A DNA stretch of 64,000 nt from Marsupella aquatica (lineage: Eukaryota; Plantae; Marchantiophyta), in assembly GCA_973895155.1 (NCBI GenBank), contig OZ316892.1, positions 8,796,148 through 8,860,147 on the forward strand. Reading direction: 5' to 3'. The notes beneath the pieces were generated by a model. It made no database searches and was not told the DNA's origin. It worked only from the letters and a program-made list of their open reading frames with translations. Of the stretch, positions 22,189 to 35,340 are shown one piece after another. Positions within the stretch are counted from its first letter, which is position 1. Each line of letters starts with the position of its first letter. Both the position numbers and the translations under genes were made by a program.

Positions 22189-25100
22189 ATGAGTGACTCG
22201 GAGGATACTGGAAGAATTGGCGTTGGTGGAGCTTCAGGATCGCGACGGTCAGACAGAGAGTCTGAGGAGGAGCTGCTACCATTTGAGGAGGAACTTATAA
22301 CACCGGTACGATCACCGGTGCGACATGCAGTGGAGGAAGCTGTGTTACTACCAGAGCTGTCGGTAGTAGGGAAGAAGAGGGAGATGGCTAGATTTGGAGG
22401 AGTGAAGTTTGAGGTGGAGAAGTACGATGGTCGTACTGATTACTTGCTCTGGGAGAAGCAAGTGAAGGGTGTTCTACGGGCCATGGGCTTAGCTCATCTG
22501 CTTTCATCGCGAGAGCAGTATGATGGAGAGGAGGAGATTTTAGTGAAGCAATGGAGACAGGAGCAGGTGATTGTTGTCAATGCAATGATGCTATATCTCA
22601 AGCCGCACATCATCAAGCAGCTGGATGATTATGCGGATTGCGCATCACTGTTCAAGGCTCTAAGAGAGAAGTATTACCGGGAAGATGCGTCAGACCGGCT
22701 ATACAAGAAGTCTCTCTTGATGAGCCTCAGGCTCAAGGAAGGGAGCAAGATGCAGGATCACCTGGATGAGTTTGACAGTCTAGCGGTTGATCTGTCAAAC
22801 TTGGGAAAAGGAGTTGAAGATGAGGATAAGGCCTTGCTTCTGCTAAGCTCCTTACCGCCGTCATATCAGGGCTTGAAACAGGTGCTCTTGTACAGAGATC
22901 TGAAGTCCATTTCGTATAATGAGGTGGTAAGCTCTTTACTATCTGATGATGCTCAGAAGAAGCTGGGTCAATCACAGACAACATCTTTTTCTAGCACTGC
23001 GCTCAATATGAACAGGGGAAGAGCAACGCAGCGCACGAATGGGCAGAACAGGTTTAGATCTACATCACGGAGGACATCTAAATCCAGAGGAAAATCACAA
23101 GAGAGGAAGCCTCTTGCATGTTGGAATTGTGGCAAGCCAGGCCACATGAAAAGGGATTGTCGAGTAAAGGTCCCTACTGCCTCTGCTAACGTAGCATCGA
23201 GCTCGCATGAGGTAGATTTACTCGATGATGATGACATATTGTGATGTCAAGGTTATGCTCTCAACGTAGTGTCAAATCCAGGTAGTGATGACTGGATTCT
23301 AGATAGTGCATGTACTTTTCATATTTGCTCTAGAAGAGATTGTTTCAGTTCTTACACGGTTTCCAACGGGTCAGTGTTGATGGGAAATGGAATCCCATGT
23401 CAAGTTGTTGGACTTGGATCTGTAAGATTTCAGATGTTTGATGGTGCTGTGAGAACATTGAGGAATGTGAGACATATTTCCAGCATGATGAAAAATCTCA
23501 TTTCACTTGGAGTTTTAGAGGCAAATGGCCATCAGTGGAGTTCTGCTAATGGTGTCCTTCAGGTTTCAACTGGTACTAAAGTTGTATTGAAGGGAAAGAG
23601 ACATTGCAATCTATACGTTATGGAGGGCAGTGTAGTCTATGATGAAGCCAATGTAACCTTATCTCATGAGGAGACGGCCCGGCTATGGCACTTTCGTTTG
23701 GGCCACATGAGTGAAAAAGGTTTGGTTATTCTTCAGAAGAAAGGATTATTTTCTAATTTGCAATCTTGTAAGTTGGAATTTTGTGAGCACTGTGTGCACA
23801 GGAAACGCTTCGGAGTTGGAACTCACACCAGCAAGGAGGTACTTGAGTATGTACATAGTGATGTGTGGGGTCCCGCCCCTACTCCCTCACATTCTGGACG
23901 GTTATACTATGTCACGTTCATTGACGATTACTCAAGGTATGTGTGGATATACTTTCTACACAATAAGTCTGATGTTTTTGCCACTTTTAAGGAGTGGAAA
24001 GCCCAAGTTGAAAATCAGACTGGTAATAAGGTGAGATATCTTCGATAGGATAACGGCGGTGAATACAGTTCCGGTGAATTTGGAACGTATTGTAAGGAGC
24101 AGGGGATTACCCGCCATCTCACAACAAGCTATACTCCTCAGCAGAATGGTGTTTCTGAGAGACTCAACAGAACACTATTGGAGCGCTCGAGGAGTACGTT
24201 AAGTCAATCATGCTTACCACATGAGTTTTGGGCTGAAGCTGTCAACATTGCAGCTTATTTGGTAAATTTTACTCCATCCAGTTCTATTGGATTCAAGACG
24301 CCATTTGAAATGAGGTACGGGCGTCCAGCAGATTACTCACATCTGAGGATTTTTGGATGTGATGCTTATGTGCTTACACCTTCCCAGCTTCGATCCAAGC
24401 TAGAGTCCAAGTCGAAGAAGTGCATTTTCCTTGGTTATCAGAAAGGTGTGAAGGGTTATAGGTTATGGGATCCAGTAACCTGTAAGCTAATTGTCAGTAG
24501 AGATGTGTCCTTTAATGAATCCAGATCATCAAAGGAGGGGGAGAGTTCTCAGGACTCCCATACTGACAAGGGGAAATCTCCCATCCCGGACCGGGTTGAG
24601 GGGGAGATTAGTCATGATGCAGTTCATGACAGGAGAGATGGAGAAGCTCTGGGCTTGGAGCTGGTTCCTGTGATGGAACAAGAGGAGCAAATTGTTGCTG
24701 GGGTACCTCAAATTCAACCAGCAGCAGCAACAGATCAGCCTGAGTCATCTACTAGAAGAACTTCCAGTCGTTCTACTAAAGCTCCTACCAGGTATGGTCA
24801 ATGGGCAGACTCATCTAAGCTAGATGATATTGACATTGCACCTGATGAAGATGATATGGCTTTGATCTTGGAAGAAGGAGAGCCTTCTTCGTATAGTGAG
24901 GCTTGTGCTTCAGAGCAGAAGCATGAGTGGAATGCAACAATGCAGAGGGAGTTGCAATCTTTGAGTGACAACAAGACATGGGAGCTGGTGGAGCTTCCAA
25001 GAGGTCAACAAGTGGTGGACAGCAAGTGGATTTACAAGTTGAAGGACAGTCCTTCAGAGGGTGGAGATAAGATCTACAAGGCAAGGCTTGTTGCCAAGGG

Positions 25101-26427
25101 GTTCACTCAGGAGAAAGGAGTGGATTACAATGAGGTCTTTTCACCGGTGGCTAAGTATTCCACAATTCGGATCTTGTGTCAGCTTGTTGTGTTTTTTAAT
25201 CTGGTGATGGATCAGATGGATGTTGTTACTGCTTTTCTCTATGGCAACTTGGAAGAGATGATCTTCATGAGACAGTCACTAGGCTTTATGAAGAAGGGCC
25301 AAGAGAACTTAGTTTGCAGATTGCTCAAATCCTTGTATGGATTGAAGCAGTCTCCCAGACAGTGGAATAAGCGGTTTGATGATTTCATGCTTGCTCAAGG
25401 TTTTACAAGGATGGTGTATGATCCTTGTATGTATACGAAATCAGTCAAGAATGATGTATTTGGTTTCATCATTCTAGTGATCTATGTGGATGACATGCTA
25501 ATTGTGGCTAAAGATCAATCTGAGGTTGACAGTCTCAAGGCGAAATTGAGCGCTGAATTCAGGATGAAGGATCTTGGTAAGGCCAAGAGGATCTTAGGGA
25601 TGGAGATTTTTAGGAACTCTGAGACTGGACAGTTGTGCTTGAGTCAAGGCCAGTATGCGAGGAAAGTACTTGTACGATTCAACATGGAGAACTGTAAGCC
25701 AGTGAGTATTCCTTTAGCTTCACATTTCAAGTTATCATCGGCTTTCTCTCCTACAGATGCTGTGGAGAAAGGTCTGATGGCTAAGATTCCTTATGAGAAG
25801 GCAGTAGGCAGTCTGATGTATTTGATGACTTGTACTAGGCCTGACTTGGCCCTAGCGATGGGCAAGGTTAGCAGATTCATGTCAAATCCAGGGAAGGTAC
25901 ATTGGGAAGCTGTGAAATGGATTCTCAGGTATGTGAAGGGAACACAGGACTATGGATTACTATTTGATAACAGATCAAATAGAACGTTAGTTGGCTATGT
26001 AGATTCTGACTATGAAGGCTGTTTGGATACAAGGAGATCTATAGCTGGGTTTGTATACACTCTTGGAGAGGATGTATCAGTTGGAAATCCACCTTGCAGA
26101 AGTGCATATCTCAGTCTACTACAGAAGCAGAGTATGTTGCAGCAGCAAAAGCAGCAAAGGAAGCAATTTGGTTGGACAAGTTGATCGCGAAGATGGGTTT
26201 AGAGCATGGAAAAATGACTCTAAACTATGAGTGCTCTTCACTTGGCTGCTAACCAGGTGATGGATAGCAGGGTGAAGCACATTGATATCAGGTACCATTT
26301 TATCACGCAAGCAGTGTCTGATAAAACTTTTGAGCTAGACAAGATTGATGGAAAGCTCAATCCCGCTAATGCCTTTACCAAAGTGATTCCTTTGGAGAGT
26401 TTCTCAAGACACCGTGCTACTTTGTAG
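22189..26427 (+). pseudogene. Copia gag-pol (stops at 23242 and 24046; frameshift near 26068)
   Basis: EKYDG..DYLLW; CWNCGKPGHMKRDC; WILDSAC; LWHFRLGH; VHSDVWGP; YKARLVAKG; YVDDML; HIDIRYHF. Confidence 0.93.
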
Positions 26428-28692
26428 GTTTTGCAGTTATAGTGCAAGTAGAGTTATTTAGCAATGTGTGACTATTTGTATATGGATTACTCATTCTTGT
26501 TTGGCTACGGCTTAGTTCTAGTTAACCCTTAGTTAATCCTTGTGGTTTTTAGGGGGAGACCTGGTTTGGTGATTGTCTAGAACTTCCCGCTGAGGATTCC
26601 ATATGATAGCATTTAGTTCATTCCCCAAGACAAGAGTCAAGGGGGAGTTTGTTAGATATTGCTCTAGTCTTGTGACTCATGAGCTAACTACAGTTAGGCT
26701 AACTCAGGTTAGGACTTAGCTAATGTTAGCGGTAGTGCTGTTGTGTATATAGCCAGGGCTGATGCCAGACCCTGGTGGAACTTAGGCTCATTGTTATGGA
26801 GCTAGTTGAGAGATAGGGAGAGCTTGTGCTGTGGATGCTTGGTATGGCCGGTCGGCCTAGAGTGCAGTAAAACTCTTGTGTGTTCCCGTGGACGTAGCCT
26901 CATGTGGAGGTGAACCACGTATCTCTCTGTGTCGACTATTGTGCGTTGGATGGTTCATGGGCTTGCCGTTGCGAATGTCGTCTATGCTCAACAACTCTCA
27001 TCCCCCAGAGCATAGACGCCTTCGCCGCTCTTGTCATTTAGTCCAGGCTGGTGAATATCGTCGTGCTGTCCAGGCCCTTTCTCCCACCACACCCGCCCCT
27101 CCTGGTGAGGTCACCTTCTCGGCCCTTCAGGATCTCCATCCGCAGCCATATGATCAGCTGCCTTTGTTTGTGGAGGATTTTGAGCTTGAGGAGGATCTTC
27201 AGTTTAGTAGGGACCACTTCACCTATGTCTTCCTCCATTCCCCGCGTTGTGCGGCTGGTGGCCCCTCTGGCTATGTCTTTGAGCATTTTTGTGATTTATT
27301 CTCCCCTGAGGATCCCCAATCTGGTTTTCCAGTTTTCTTTTCCTTTTGCCAGTGTCTTGCAGCCGGCCGTTTACCTCCTCCCGTCTCTCAACTTTTGAGT
27401 GCTTCTCGTTTATTGGCCATGGCTAAGTCCTCACCGGGTGTTCGGCCCATCGCTATTGGAGAGGTTTTTTTTCGTCTTGTGTCTCTCACACTTTCATTGC
27501 AATATCGCTCTGCACTTTCAGATCATCTTTCTCCACATCAGTTTGCAGTGGGCATTCCTGGCGGTTATGAGACAGTTATTGTGGGTATTCGTGCTACCTT
27601 GGACTTCCACCCTGATTGGGTTGTCCTCCAGGTTGATGTCTCTAACGCTTTCAACACAGTTTCTCTGGCAGTCATTTTTCGTGCTTTGAGGGCGGCGGAT
27701 CCAGACATCCAGTCCCTTATCCCCTTTGTCCATTGTTTTTATAGACTCGAGGCCTCGCTCTTCTATAGTCATCACACGTCTACAGTATTGTATACCACTC
27801 TTTCTTCTACAGAAGGTACACGTCAGGGTGACCCTTTGGGTGGGCCTCTTTTTGCCATTGGTCCCCCTGCCACGGTTATTTCTGCCCTCGCCACTCTTTC
27901 CACCCATTTGACGGGCCTCGGTTTACAGGTTCAGCCTATGAAGAGTCGTGCCTGGAGTCCAGCTGGGTTACCCTCTGAACTTGTGCTTCCCCCTGGATTC
28001 TTACGTCCAACCTACGGCCTTCGGGTCCTTGGCTCCCAGTCGGTACCGGCTTCTTTTGCTCATCTTTCATCGCTGACGCTCTACAGGCAGCCTTGGAAAG
28101 AAGTTGCTAGAACATAAACCAAGACTCCACAAGGAAGAAATCGATGACACAAACTTAAGTCGTTGGGCCGGAGCGAGCGAAGGTGCCAAAACACAAACCC
28201 AAAGTCGATGACCCAAAGTTTATCGGGCCAAAGCGCGTGACAAAATGATAGAGTATTGGTTTATGTTCTACCAAACTTGGGCTGGAGCGGGCAACAACAT
28301 AGGGGACTGGGACAGGCAGTGTACGGAACCCCGAGAAAGTGGGGAACATTAACTTGACCTAGATTTAAGATTTAACTCGGGATGTAAATATATAGGGTTG
28401 AGACGCCCTATTACATCCCACTTGGGACCTCTCCCTCTCGGTTCGGGGCTATTTTCTGCTCGGTTTTGGTCCTCGTTTTCTGCTCATTTCTGCACATTTC
28501 CGCACATTTTTCCCGGCTCGTTTTGGTGCCTCTGGTGCTCGTTTTCTGCTCTGTTTTGGTGCTCGGTTGAGACTCGTGCTCGTGCTCGGCTGTGCTCTCA
28601 GATTTTTGGGCTCTTGGGTGTCTCGCCACGGAGAAGGTTGTCGATGGTTCTTCTTCTGTTCTGAAATTGAGCGGCCGAGGCTGGCTTCTGAG

Positions 28693-30073
28693 ATGGGTCG
28701 CTGGCCGGCAGGCGGAATGACAGGGTGGGGATTTTTTTTGATGGTGGTGGTGGTGACGGGCTTCATCAGTCGTCTGGTCACAGTGTGGATTGTGACTGGC
28801 TACCCATTGCCACCGTCAGCGGATGGGAAGAAGAAGCAGCGCTCTCTCAAGACCTTGATTGTACTTGGATCTGGTAACAGTCCTAAGCTCTGCAAGTGCT
28901 GCCACTTGAATCAGCCGTTGTCTTTTCCAGAGTTCTAAGTTCCAATGCCATTTGTCATGCAGGAGGTCACACTGCAGAAATTCTAAATGTTGTCAGAGCT
29001 TTTAATTTCGAGAGATATCAACCACGGTGCTACATTGCAGCTGTGACGGACAATCACAGTTTGTCTAAAGCTCAAAGGGTTGAAGAGGCCGCTGCATCTA
29101 AGAAGGTAGCTTTTCTCTGTGGTTGACCACTCTTGTCGGCTCAAATCACCTCAGTTAGGTCCCCGTTCGAAACTCGTTTGAATATTTATTGTCTCTAAGC
29201 AGTGCAGTACTTGGCGTGGGGGCATTCTTGAAACTTTTAGTTTGCAATATTTTGAAGTACAGATTTAACTAGGTTTGGGGCTAGTGCTGATTTTGGCAGA
29301 ATGGGTGGAGATCCAGGATGGATACGAGGGATATCAGCAGCCTACTTACTATCGGATCTATCGGAGCAGAGAAGTTGGTCAATCCTATTTGACGTCAATT
29401 GGGACTACTTTAATGGCCATGGCCCATGCATTCTGGCTTGTACTCCGCATCAGGCCTGATGTGGTGAGTGATATCGCAGGAACAGAACTTGTTGTTGATG
29501 CATTTTTTGTATGGATGGTTTGCTGGAGAGCTGGAACCTCTTGTTCTCGTTAGTGAGTGATTCTCTGACATTGAACTCCTGGTTGTATGGGCGTAGATTT
29601 TATGCAATGGGCCAGGAACGTGTCTACCGATTTGCATTGCTGGGTTCTTCCTGAAGGTCCGCTGTTCAAATCTCTTTGTAATGTAGTCATCATGCTCGCG
29701 AAGGATAGCTGTGAGGTTGAGTCTATTTAAGTATGAAGATTGTTTGCAACACTTCTTAGGAATGTGGATTTGCTGAAAGAATTATTGTATATTAGGATTG
29801 AAGAAAATTCACTCACGACATTTAGCTGCCTACTCGAAATACTGCCATATTTCAGAGAAGCGATAAACTTAAGGGTGATCGTGGTCGTCATGGCAGGTCG
29901 TGGGCGTGAAGTGGGTGGTGATGGTCTACATAGAAAGTATAGCCAGAGTTCAAAAGTTGTCTTTAACTGGCCTGCTCTTCTACAGACTACATCTTATGGA
30001 CAAGTTCATTGTGCAATGGCCCAAACTACAGGAAACTTTCCCTCAGACAGAATATCTGGGCCAATTAATGTGA
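28693..30073 (+). CDS. ALG14: UDP-N-acetylglucosamine transferase subunit ALG14 (5 exons: ~28693-28873, 28963-29105, ~29316-29463, 29597-29656, 29896-30073)
   Basis: KTLIVLGSGGHTAE, IYRSREVGQSY, ILCNGPGTCLPIC, YIESIARVQKLSLTG, FIVQWP; GT-AG introns. Start ATG (28693 vs 28717) and the exon-3 acceptor are uncertain. Confidence 0.92.
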
Positions 30074-32747
30074 ATGTCAGTGCAGCTGTGGATCAACGTA
30101 GCATTCAGATGCAGTCATTTTCTGCAATTTGCTGCTTTTCAATTGTGTAACCCACGGATATATGGTGTTGAGAGTTATGAGCCGAGTTTGATGAGGAGGA
30201 AGGACTCGAATTTGGACACAACGTTATCTTGCTCTTCCGAAGAGTACAGAAGCGTGATGACACTGACGAGATAACCTAAATCCACGATCCTCAATAGCAT
30301 ATTTCTTATATTTCCAGAATGTCTGCTAACATGGTTGATCCCAACGATATCCTAAACCCCGATGTTTTCACTCGTAGTGTTAGTGAAGGGTTCAGAAGCA
30401 AAGGGTAAATTTTTGAGATGAGGATAGTCTGTTGAGGTAAGCTTGGTGTATACAGGGCATGTGCAACACACAGGATATAGCCATCCTGGAGGGCAAGGCT
30501 TTCATGTTAATAGAGAATTACTTGCAGAATTCATTTCCTGATTTGTCTCTGTTAAGAGTACACTATGTTTTCATCCCATTCTTACGAAGGGTTCCAGGAC
30601 CCTACGTTTCGAAAAATGCAAGATTTTGCCGATTGCAATATATAATACTATTGCAAAAGCCAACCCTTTGCTGCGAGGTGCAGTACCAATATCTTTTCCT
30701 ACGATGAATGTCCGTTACTTCCAGTTGAGGACTGTGTTCAACTGCTCCAAAGATTTGACAATGTTAGAGACCATTGAGTAGTGCAGTTGCCAGTATAACT
30801 CATATCTTCGAAAAAACTTCCAGAATGATGATAGTTCCTAGCCATCACGGCGGTCCAGATTTTTGGAGTTCACATTACACTTCGCGTGCAGGTGATAAAA
30901 AAGTCACTTGTGAACTATTTTCGTCGTCTGGCAATTATTGCTTCAAAAGCTGGTGTATTTTTTTCTATCTCTTCCAGTAATTCATCATGCCTCACTTATA
31001 TCTTCATCATCCTGCCCCAATCACAATTTACATTAGGAGCATCCTCCCCTTTTCGGGTCCTCTTAAGCTTTGGCATTCGTGCTACACCTTTGAAAGAAGT
31101 GCTCCTCACAAAACGCCAGCAACTTCCGCCAATCCGCAGGAGACGTCTTCTCTAGCATGAGCACTTCACTCAACATGTCACAAACTCGATCCTGCAATAG
31201 CTCCACATTTCCAATGCTTGCCTCTACACCAAATTTCCGTCCTCTCGAATTAATGCGTGATGGCAAGAGAGGCTACTGCTCTTCCTTGCCACAAAGTCTT
31301 CCCCAAAGCAATCGGGCCTGGAGACTGCAGCGATTGCATGCTCTTCCTTGCCACAAAGAGTTCCTCAAATCAATCGGACCTGGAGACTGCAGCGATGGCA
31401 CGCTGCTTCGGGTCTGGGTACTTCATATCGCGCTTTGATATGATCTGATTTAATCGGTAGCATATTTTGCAATATGTAAGCAACACCAAAACCTTCCAAA
31501 GCCCAAACTTCCATTTCTCCAGACAGCTTCTGCAGTTTCTGAGAAGGCTGCAATCTCAAGGACAGGCTTGGTACGGAAATCTCCATTGTTGGAATGCGCG
31601 GCAACAATATCCATGAGGGCGTTCTCCTGGCCAGTGACATGCCTTACATCGCAAGTTTGAGCAGTGTTGCTAGCCTTGTGTCGAACAGACCTCCAAGTAC
31701 TCTGAAACCTCCACCTGAGAAAGTATCAAAAGTTCCTAAATGCTATTTGAATATAAATTGCTAGATAAACCTTCCCTGTTAACTCCCGGTACTCCCGGTA
31801 ACGGAATGCAGGTCCCAACTCGAGACAAAACCTGAAGTCCAGCACTTTTCTGCTTTGTAGAATTGACCAAAAATCAACGGCGTTGTCTTCACTTGCGGCT
31901 ATCAGTTCAACACCGTGAATTTGCTATCAGTTAAACACCGTGAACTTGAACGTAAGTACACAGAGGATGCTTACGGAAGGTCTCATGTGGTGAGTCCCGG
32001 GAGATAGGAATTCAAGTAATGGATTACTACCAGCTGGAAAGGAAAGCAGCTGCAATCCCACATCCAGGTCCGTTCATACTTGTAACACATTGCCAATTTT
32101 CGAAACGGAAATTCCACATGCATACCAACAATGCCTCTGGTGGAACAAGAGTTCTCACACCTAACGTAGCTGCAGTAGTACCGTCGCAACCAGGGATTCG
32201 AATTCCCGTTCAAGCCTCAAGCCTCAGGATCATCAGAGTCCCTCTGGTTTCAAAGCACCCCACGGCTCCATAGGGCGTCTCAAACCTGGCCGATCCAGTG
32301 TTTTCGGGGTGTCCTAGACTGAAAAGTTTGTCCGAAACTAGTGTCGGGACGGTCGGGACGGGAAGTAGGGGCAGGGGGTTATTTGCTTGGACCGGTCTCG
32401 GACGACCCAAATGCGGGTTAATTGCGCCTCAACTCGACGCTTGTTAGCAAGTTACGATTACCCCAGCCGAAGTTCAATATCACGTCAGAGGATATTCTTC
32501 AGTTCTTCTTGCTTGTCTTCTTAAACCCTGCTCCGAACTAGACCCACACCTTGCTGGGCGAGGATTTCTTATACTCCCCTCTCTTCTCCGTTTCTTCTCC
32601 TAGTCTCTAATCTATGCTCTCGCACCCGCTCCTTCCTGTGGGATCTTCAATCCGCTTTTGTTTTCTCGCACAAGCCTAAGACCGAGCAGTGATTGAATTG
32701 TTTCTCCGTGGAGCTTTTCTCTGGGCTGTGGGTCGGTTGATCGATCG

Positions 32748-34203
32748 ATGGGATCCATCAAGCAGTCTTCCTCTTCGCCCTCAAAGGAGCCTCTCTCAAA
32801 TAAGGATCTTCTTCAGCTGGAGAGCAAATCGACTGTGCTAGGTGTGGCTTTCATGGAATTCCTGTCCGTTCCTCAGCACATGCGTCTCCTACGAATGCCG
32901 GCAGTTTGTGATTTGATTATTCGTCTGGTAGGGCTCTATGAGCTGCATTCTTGACAGATTTCCTGCCGTAATTGAGGCATTCGGGTGTTGAATGTTGTCC
33001 CCCAGAAAAACGGTTGCTGGTGTGCACGAATGGAGAAGACATTTCCAGAAGGGAGCCACCGGTGATCACCTCAATGCCAGAAAGCAGCGGTAGGGTTTCT
33101 GTCCAACCCGAAGGGAAATTACTTCGTGGGGTATGAATTGTCGGCAGGATATAAACTCTGCCGGAAATGGTCTCTTGTTCTAAAGCATTTCCAGAAATTG
33201 ACAACTGATGTTTACATGTGAGGAGAATTTGTTGTGTTCTTGTTTTCTGTTAGCTTGTAGAGAGAGTTATTAAATTCTGAAGACTTGTAATGCTGCAGTG
33301 CTGGAAAGGATAAAGTCCTTTCTTCCGGCTATGGATCAGGCGAATCGCAAGCTTTTTTCAGACATCGAGGTCAGTAGGATAGCCACGTTTTCATTAGTAG
33401 TTTGAGATGTTTAGAGAGCTCACGAAATTGCAATTGAACTTTAAGCATAGCTGGCAATAGTGCTGGGGGCAAGTGTTGTGTGTCTATCTCAGTTTTTTAC
33501 TCCTGGAACTCAGCCATGCCTTATAGCACGTACATAGGCACCAGGTAATTTAATGAGAATATTTTCATGCAGGAGAGAGGAACAGAGGAGTTCAACATCG
33601 AGTCTGTAAGTGATTCAGAAGCGCGCTATGTGGAAATGGTGAGTTGTTCTTTGAATCTGTGTATGCACTAAGTCTTATCATGCGGGATAGGTCAAATTTG
33701 TATTGCTTTCGTACATACAGTAGTTTGCTTTCGGATTCCAGAACTATCCAAACCTTTGCTCCAAAGTATGTGGTTGACACCGGGAGAAGGGGATAAGTGG
33801 AATTGGATGTGACTTCTTATCGTTCTGTTGAATCAAAGGGTGGTGTTCCAATGATTTAGTTATCTGTCATCCACAATTATTTTTTCCTTTCTTCAGAATC
33901 CTGATCAGTTGTGATCAACTGGACCTTGCCTTAGGAGTTACGGAGCTGAACACCCGAGAGGCTTTAGCAGCAGCAGAGTTAGCAGCCAGTGGTCAAGTCC
34001 TGAAGGTGGACGATTCTGCAGCTTCTTCTGACAACAATTCTGATAGTGGTACTGACGAAGAGGATAACATCAGTAAGAATGACGTCAACGGATTGTTAGT
34101 CCTAAGGAGGGCTGGAGAAAATCGGCTAGTATTTGGTTCTAACCACCAGGAATGCCAAAACGATGAGTCTCAGACCAAACGGAAAAAGATTGAGCTGTTA
34201 TAA
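32748..34203 (+). CDS. NOP chaperone 1 / DUF4598 (C12orf45-like) protein, ~5 exons
   Basis: Exons translate VLERIKSFLPAMDQANRKL, FNIESVSDSEARYVEM, DLALGVTEL and an acidic tail ending KKIELL, the pattern I recognise for this family. Confidence 0.7.
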
Positions 34204-34904
34204 ATATTCAAATAGAAAATGATTTATTAAATAGTCCATAAGTCAAATTGTTTGCCTTTCTGAAAGCAGGGAACCGATTTGAGTTGTCACATCAGTGTAA
34301 CTCATTTGTTTGCCTTTTCGAAAGAACGGAACCAATATCGTTACCTAAATCAAATCCATGGCTAAAACTCAGTATTTTAACGTGATTTCAGGGGTTCGTG
34401 CTTTTGTTCAGTTCTCACTATCTGTCTGGAATTTCAGCCGTGATTGAATTTGGATTGGCCCTGTTAACTCGGCATGTGATGCCTCTTGATTCCCTGATGT
34501 AAGACAATGTGAATTTCTTAATTAATCAAGTGTATGGGGAAGTTTTCTTGGATTGTAATATTTGGCCCTATTGATAGTCTGTCTAGCTTTCCAATTTCAT
34601 GTGTAATTCTTCTGGATTAACAATTTTAGAGCTACCAAATACTTTGAACTTGTTCTGTTATTCGTCGTATAGGGACCCCGATAGCTTGGCAGGTTGGCCC
34701 GAAAATGCTTTTATTTGTTTCATAATCGCAGCTTATGCATGTCTGTTGTTGACAAACCTGCTACGATTTGCTCATCAGTCAGGTTTGAGCCTTCTGGGAG
34801 TATGCATATCGCGCAGGTATTTGCTGCCTAGATTCTGTAACAAAACTCGTGTACCCCATTTTAATTCTGGTCTAAGAGACCAATCAAGAGACTTTACACG
34901 TTGG

Positions 34905-35340
34905 AACGACAGGGGTCATGAAAGTGATCAATTCAACAAGATGACGACAGCAGGATATATTTTGGGTTGCAGACTGGTTTGCCCAGCTCAACAACCAGAT
35001 GGGCGGGGATTTTAAAAAACATCAAAATGTGGGGGAGTTTATGATCGAGATCTGGAAGGCAGTTGGCATGGACATGAACAGGGTTGAGTTTGCCTGAACT
35101 TCCGAAGAAATCAACAAGAGCGCGGCAGAGTATTGGCCTCCTTGTAATGGGCAGCAATAAACTTCCTCGGATCAAGAGGTGTGCTAAATTTCCTTTTTCT
35201 TTCTATCCGTCATGGTTCTGAAATGATTCCTATTCCACACTGTGCTTTGCCTGGACAACAATGCATACTTGGAATAGTATTCTAGTCCTAACTTCGGCAT
35301 AATTATGTCCACAGGTGCTCGCAAAATATGGGAAAAACTG
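34905..35340 (+). pseudogene. Cytosolic tyrosyl-tRNA synthetase fragment
   Basis: QGVMK, ADWFAQLNNQMGGD, MIEIWKAVGMD, *TSEEINK...YWP, NKLPRIKR|CSQNMG, with stops, frameshifts and a retained intron. Confidence 0.8.

Larger units (their letters stand above)
20001..26993 (+). mobile_element. Ty1/Copia LTR retrotransposon, near full length but disabled
   Basis: LTRs 20001-20681 and 26650-26993 (TG...CA). TSD ACTCT at 19996-20000 and 26994-26998. PBS TGGTATCAGAGC (tRNA-iMet) at 20684-20695; PPT AAGGGGGAG at 26639-26647. Confidence 0.97.
18840..28095 (+). mobile_element. Decayed non-LTR retrotransposon (CRE/RLE-like RT) split by the Copia insertion; parts ~18840-20000 and 26994-28095
   Basis: ORF 26876..28117 contains ALQDLHP, GGPSG, VRPIAIGE, HQFAVG, DVSNAFNTVS and GTRQGDPLGG; the YxDD region is deleted. 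C-rich sequence continues across the Copia TSD, with GDWEQLQ upstream. Outer boundaries approximate. Confidence 0.7.

Noticed and set aside
23212-23251. GT-AG intron removing the Copia gag stop
   Set aside because: Only 40 bp long and would shift the frame.
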